Program-made: the position numbers and the translations under genes
Shown: positions 60,501 through 64,000 of the stretch, piece after piece
How positions within the stretch are numbered: the stretch's first letter is position 1
How the letters are laid out: the number at the start of each line of letters is the position of its first letter
Origin: Bacteroidota bacterium
Lineage (GTDB): Bacteria; Bacteroidota; Bacteroidia; UKL13-3
Direction of reading: 5' to 3'
Assembly: GCA_027487835.1 (NCBI GenBank)
Contig: JAIYCU010000028.1
Location: forward strand, 22,930 to 86,929
Length of the DNA stretch: 64,000 nt
The notes under the pieces: model-generated
Database searches by the model: none
What the model was told of the DNA's origin: nothing
What the model saw: only the letters and a program-made list of their open reading frames with translations

Positions 60501-63500
60501 ACATGGTTGTACCAATAGCACTAACTTTACTAATAATGTAAGGGTTTACCAACACCCAACCGCTTCTTTTACTACAGCTGAAACCAGCGGTACTGCAAAC
60601 AATGATTATAATATTTGTACTGGAGCAACCGTAACTTTTAATGGTTCTGGTTCTAGCTTTGGTTTTGGCGCAAGCAGTTTACTTTACCAATGGAGAAAAG
60701 ACAATGTTGACCAAGTTGGGTCAGGCGCAACTTCTTCAATCTATACTCCAGCTGTAAACGCAGTGAGCAACCCAGATGCCATTACTTACACTTTAAGAGT
60801 AACTGACAACAATGGTTGTACAAGCAATGCTTTTGCAACAGAGCCTTCTCAAGTAATAAATGTTTATCCTTTTGCTAACCCAAGTTTAACAACTCCTGAT
60901 ATGGGCGCTCAAGGTTCTTATGGAACAACTTCTTTAAATGGAAATGGTGGTCAATTAATTTGTAATGGAGCCGCTATTTTTAGTGGATCAGCAACTATTC
61001 CTTCAGGTTCTGTAGTATCATATATATTTAACTACGGAGATGGAAGTTTATTAGAAGCGGTTACTGACCCAAGTTTAATGAAGCATACCTTCCCTACTGT
61101 AACAAATGTGCCATGGGGAACCCCAGGAGAGCCAAATGTGAGGTATAGCATTCAAATGACTGCGGTTACAAACCAAGGTTGTTCTACTAGCACAACTATT
61201 TCAAGAGATATTAAGACAGGCCCTGATGCAAGTGTTGGCTTAACAGATGCCGCCACTCAAAACTTGACTGGCAATAGCTTTGAGTTTTTATTTGGCAATG
61301 TTGATAGACATCCATCTTATAAAATAACCAACTTATGGGATTTTGGAGATGGCACTACCACTACCGCCTCTTATTTAAACATCACGCCAAAAATTTATAC
61401 GGCAGCAGGAAACTATCGCGCCCATTTGATCATTTACACCAATACAGGTTGTACAGATACTGCGCATTATGATGTAACTGTAACGCCAGCAGCCGCAGCA
61501 TCTTTTAGCGTAACGCCTAATAGCTGTGCAAACAGAAATGTTGCATTTAACAGTGGAGCGAGTGTAGGTGCAATTTCTTATGCATGGAATTTTGGAGATG
61601 GAAATACTTCTACCCTAGCCAATCCAACACATACTTATGCTGCAGATGGCAGTTTTACTGCAACTTTAACCATTAATGGCGGTGTATCAACTACCAACCA
61701 AAGTGTTACGGTAATTACCAACCCAATTGCAGGAACAATTAGTTCAAATCTAAATTCTTGCACCAATGAATATACATTTAGCAGCAATGCCACAGGTTCA
61801 AACCTTAGCTATGCATGGAGCCTTGCAGGCGGATCAGGCGCTGCTTCTACCACTTCAAGCATCCAAAGAAGTTACAGCACAAGTGCAACAGCTACCGTTG
61901 ATTTAACGGTAACAGCAAATGGCGCTTGTTCTACATTGGTAAGTCAATTATCATTTACACCAGAAGTTGCCATACCAGGCCCAGATGCTGGTGTTTCTGC
62001 AACATTGGTTAGTGCTTGTTCTACCTCAGTAACCATAACTAATTCATCAGTTAATGCAGATACTTACGAGGTAAAAGTTGATGCGGGTGCGTATGCATCG
62101 CAAACTACATTTCCATATAATATAGACTATTTAACGCCAGGGGTACATACAATTTATCTTAAAGCAAGTGCCTCAGGTTTGTGTCCAGATGAAACATCAG
62201 TGAATGTTACCATCGCGCCTGCACTTGCAGGATTTGATGCAACACCTCCAGCTTGTGGCAAAACAATAAGTTTTACAAATACATCGAGCATTAGTTATGG
62301 CACAGCAACCTATAATTGGAATTTTAATTCAGGCGAAGGAACCTCAACCAGCACCAACCCAGATTTTACCTTTGCAACAGGAGGAAGTAAACCTGTTACT
62401 TTGACTGTAACAACAGTATCTGGATGTACAATTGGCGTTACGGGTGGCGTAAATGTGAGTACATTAGTTGGACCAACTGCAAGCTATAGCCATTCTGCAG
62501 CAACAGGATGTGGAAATGGAAAACAGTTTACGAATACCACAATTGGTTCAGGATTAACTTTCAATTGGAATTTTGGAGATAATACCAATACCAACGTAGA
62601 AAACCCTATTAAATATTTTGCAAGTAGCGGCAATCACCAAGTTATCTTAACTGTATCTGACGGGGTTTGTTCGAACAGCAGCACCCAAACTATTAGCATT
62701 TCACCTTTTAGCGGCAATGCAGCCTCTTTTGAAGAAGGAAACGGTAGTTATACGCAAGCTTTAAGTGGAAATAATTTCTACTTTGAGAATACCACTACCC
62801 ATACTGCAAATGGCGGTTGGACCCCTAGCTACTCATGGAATTTTGGCGATGCAACCACTAGCACCAACACCCATGTATTTAATAAAACATATGCGGCAGC
62901 AGGAACTTATACCATCACACTAACAGCCACATCAAGTTTAGGTTGTTCAACAACTTTCACTAGAAACGTTACAATTACTGCTTCAAATACTGCAAATTTC
63001 AGTTATACGCCTAATGCCTGTGGAAGTTTAGATATTGCTTTCAACAGTTCAGCCTCTATTGGTGCAACTGCTTACAGCTGGAATTTTGGAGATGGAAACT
63101 CATCTACCTTGGCAAACCCAACACATACTTATGCGGCTGCAGGTACTTATGCAGTAATATTGACCATCAATGGAAGTGTGGTTTCTACACCTCAGTCGGT
63201 TATTGTAACAACTGCTCCTACTGGAGTATCAATTACACCTGCTTCAAATGCTTGTACCTCTACCTATTCTTATACCGCAGCGGCTACAGGAAGCAACTTA
63301 ACTTACCATTGGAGTTTTACGAATGTAGATGGAGGTTCGCTTTCAAGTACTTCGGCGGTGGTTAACAAAAGTTATACTGCATCGGGTACAGAAAATGCAA
63401 CGCTAACAGTATCTTCTGGTGCTTGCTCTACTTCGGTTACATTAAGTGGCTATTCAGTTTCGGTAGCAGGGGCATTAGTGACTGCTAACTTAACAGTATC

Positions 63501-64000
63501 GGCTGCAGATGCATGTTCAGGTGTTAGAACCTTAAACAATACGGGCAGCACTGCAGTTTCTTATCAAGTTAGGATAGATAATGGATCATTTACAAATCAA
63601 ACTACCTTCCCTTACGACATTACTGGACTAAGCGCTGGTCAGCATAGGATTGCTTTAAAATCAATTAATGGCAGTTGCGAAGATATTGATGAAGATACAA
63701 TTGAGGTTGGAAGTGTAACAGCAGGATTTACCCCAACACCAAGTACTTGTAACAAAAGTGTATCTTTCTTAAACACTACTGTTGCTTCTTATGGTGCACC
63801 AACTTATGCTTGGACCTTTACAGGAGCAAGCCCAAGTAGCAGTACAAGTACCAACCCTAGCACTACTTATACAAGTTCTGGCATCAACAGTGCAAGCTTA
63901 GTGGCAACCTTAAGTAATGGATGTTCTTCAACAAGTACTAATGCAACCATTAATGTTTCAAGTGGTACTGGCCCAGTGCCATCGTTTTCAAGTAGTTTCA
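57589..64000 (+). CDS. giant surface adhesin (partial, runs off the window): signal peptide, 7 tandem about 87-aa MBG/YDG-type repeats, then more than 10 PKD-like domains with a 1.4-kb higher-order duplication
   Basis: Translated manually in frame 1 from ATG 57589 (alternative ATG 57610) with no stop before 64000. Repeats KELTVNV.A.NKEYDGND.ATL.SASF.GV.GGDDV.IGGTVTANFN.KTV.NGKAVSLSG.YTKSGTDAGNY.ITQP.GLTA. PKD signatures WNFGDG..S...NPTH.Y. Confidence 0.85.
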   Translation, partial: MKHVYKQMKFVLGLSLFALFCLVGINANGQTASVTLGSNPACLGVSNAIEITYSGLSTGDEYAVKWGATTVGTITAPHSGSGTVNLNTNSLVSTSPTGFEFENQTTPGIDATASFTLNDLPAAPGFDSDYSGIYDGTFHTGVVTVNVGESVVWYTASSGGSETDGLKAAGTATFYAAAKIDATGCFSSSRTSADVAIGAKTLTVNVTAQNKEYDGNDAAALSSASFSGALGGDDVNIGGTVTANFNDKTVDNGKAVSLSGVYTKSGTDAGNYSITQPSGLTADITPKELTVNVSVSDKEYDGNDVATLGSASFIGVVGADDVNIGGTVTANFNNKTVSFGKPVSFNGTYTKSGTDAGNYYITQPSGAIANVNYKALTVNVSANNKEYDGNDVATLSSASFVGVIGGDDVTLGGTVTANFLDKTVDNGKAVDLNGAYTKSGTDAGNYNLTQPSGLTADITPKELTVNVTANNKEYDGNDGATLGSASFVGVVGGDDVTIGGTVTANFNNKTVNNGKAVSLSGVYTKSGTDADNYSITQPTGLTANVTAKELTVSVTANSKEYDGNDGATLGSASFVGVVGGDDVTIGGTVTANFNNKTVNNGKAVSLSGFYTKSGTDAGNYSITQPTGLTANVTAKELTVSVTANNKEYDGNDVATLSSASFVGVVGGDDVTIGGTVTANFNNKTVNNGKAVSLSGVYTKSGADAGNYSITQPSGLTANVTAKNLNISVTAQNKIFDGNDEATLNSASFSNLISGDDVTLGGTVTANFNNINVGNTKPVSLTGTYTKSGPDAGNYNLIQPSGLTANITHQPITITALNQAKCQGTGVTLNGTEFSISGIISPDEVTSVTLTTSGASSGAAASSTQYAIVPSAAVGSGLSNYSISYVNGGFLVRSNPTASFSFNDNTQCFVGHGFNLSNTSSNGSTTGSGTINAWSWTATGSSNAAFTGVGPHGPLTYASHGDYTINLSVTDQHGCTNSTNFTNNVRVYQHPTASFTTAETSGTANNDYNICTGATVTFNGSGSSFGFGASSLLYQWRKDNVDQVGSGATSSIYTPAVNAVSNPDAITYTLRVTDNNGCTSNAFATEPSQVINVYPFANPSLTTPDMGAQGSYGTTSLNGNGGQLICNGAAIFSGSATIPSGSVVSYIFNYGDGSLLEAVTDPSLMKHTFPTVTNVPWGTPGEPNVRYSIQMTAVTNQGCSTSTTISRDIKTGPDASVGLTDAATQNLTGNSFEFLFGNVDRHPSYKITNLWDFGDGTTTTASYLNITPKIYTAAGNYRAHLIIYTNTGCTDTAHYDVTVTPAAAASFSVTPNSCANRNVAFNSGASVGAISYAWNFGDGNTSTLANPTHTYAADGSFTATLTINGGVSTTNQSVTVITNPIAGTISSNLNSCTNEYTFSSNATGSNLSYAWSLAGGSGAASTTSSIQRSYSTSATATVDLTVTANGACSTLVSQLSFTPEVAIPGPDAGVSATLVSACSTSVTITNSSVNADTYEVKVDAGAYASQTTFPYNIDYLTPGVHTIYLKASASGLCPDETSVNVTIAPALAGFDATPPACGKTISFTNTSSISYGTATYNWNFNSGEGTSTSTNPDFTFATGGSKPVTLTVTTVSGCTIGVTGGVNVSTLVGPTASYSHSAATGCGNGKQFTNTTIGSGLTFNWNFGDNTNTNVENPIKYFASSGNHQVILTVSDGVCSNSSTQTISISPFSGNAASFEEGNGSYTQALSGNNFYFENTTTHTANGGWTPSYSWNFGDATTSTNTHVFNKTYAAAGTYTITLTATSSLGCSTTFTRNVTITASNTANFSYTPNACGSLDIAFNSSASIGATAYSWNFGDGNSSTLANPTHTYAAAGTYAVILTINGSVVSTPQSVIVTTAPTGVSITPASNACTSTYSYTAAATGSNLTYHWSFTNVDGGSLSSTSAVVNKSYTASGTENATLTVSSGACSTSVTLSGYSVSVAGALVTANLTVSAADACSGVRTLNNTGSTAVSYQVRIDNGSFTNQTTFPYDITGLSAGQHRIALKSINGSCEDIDEDTIEVGSVTAGFTPTPSTCNKSVSFLNTTVASYGAPTYAWTFTGASPSSSTSTNPSTTYTSSGINSASLVATLSNGCSSTSTNATINVSSGTGPVPSFSSSF

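Overview
AT-rich (~35% GC) chromosomal segment from a Bacteroidota genome, probably Flavobacteriia or Sphingobacteriia. Support: T9SS type-A C-terminal sorting domains on several giant secreted proteins, TAnnTTTG-type -7 promoter boxes, and many lipoproteins and outer-membrane beta-barrels. Almost all genes lie on the minus strand. The left third (1.7-14 kb) holds two tandem paralogous giant T9SS-secreted multidomain proteins carrying phosphatase-like modules, followed by a divergent katG-oxyR pair. The middle (18-35 kb) is an accessory-looking run of secreted proteins, lipoproteins and OMPs, a C1 peptidase, a fatty-acid desaturase and LuxR/AraC regulators. The key region is a roughly 12 kb defense island (about 35.5-47 kb). 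It contains an NdpA/NA37-like protein paired with a C-terminal 3-TM protein, which I propose as a candidate novel 2-gene system. It also contains a 114-aa HsdR-N::HsdS-C chimeric relic of a type I R-M locus, an Mrr-nuclease-NACHT-repeat protein, a small membrane protein, an RloC/PrrC-like ABC-ATPase with a coiled-coil, CxxC hook and HEPN tail, a SIR2-like protein, and an M15 peptidase. The RloC-like gene is bracketed by two homologous ~120-nt GC-rich structured elements in direct orientation, whose long-range stem shows compensatory base-pair covariation. A family of six or more conserved, promoter-bearing intergenic elements sits immediately upstream of minus-strand genes across 20-47 kb. Two copies, upstream of the NACHT and SIR2 genes, carry a perfect 18-bp palindrome ATACCCAAAAGTGGGTAT. 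Further right are a 21-bp x11 minisatellite, a LuxR-type regulator, a T9SS beta-propeller protein, rsmE, and several OMPs. A giant PKD/MBG-repeat adhesin gene with seven near-identical 261-bp tandem repeats and a ~1.4 kb higher-order duplication runs off the window end. No rRNA, tRNA or CRISPR arrays were recognised.
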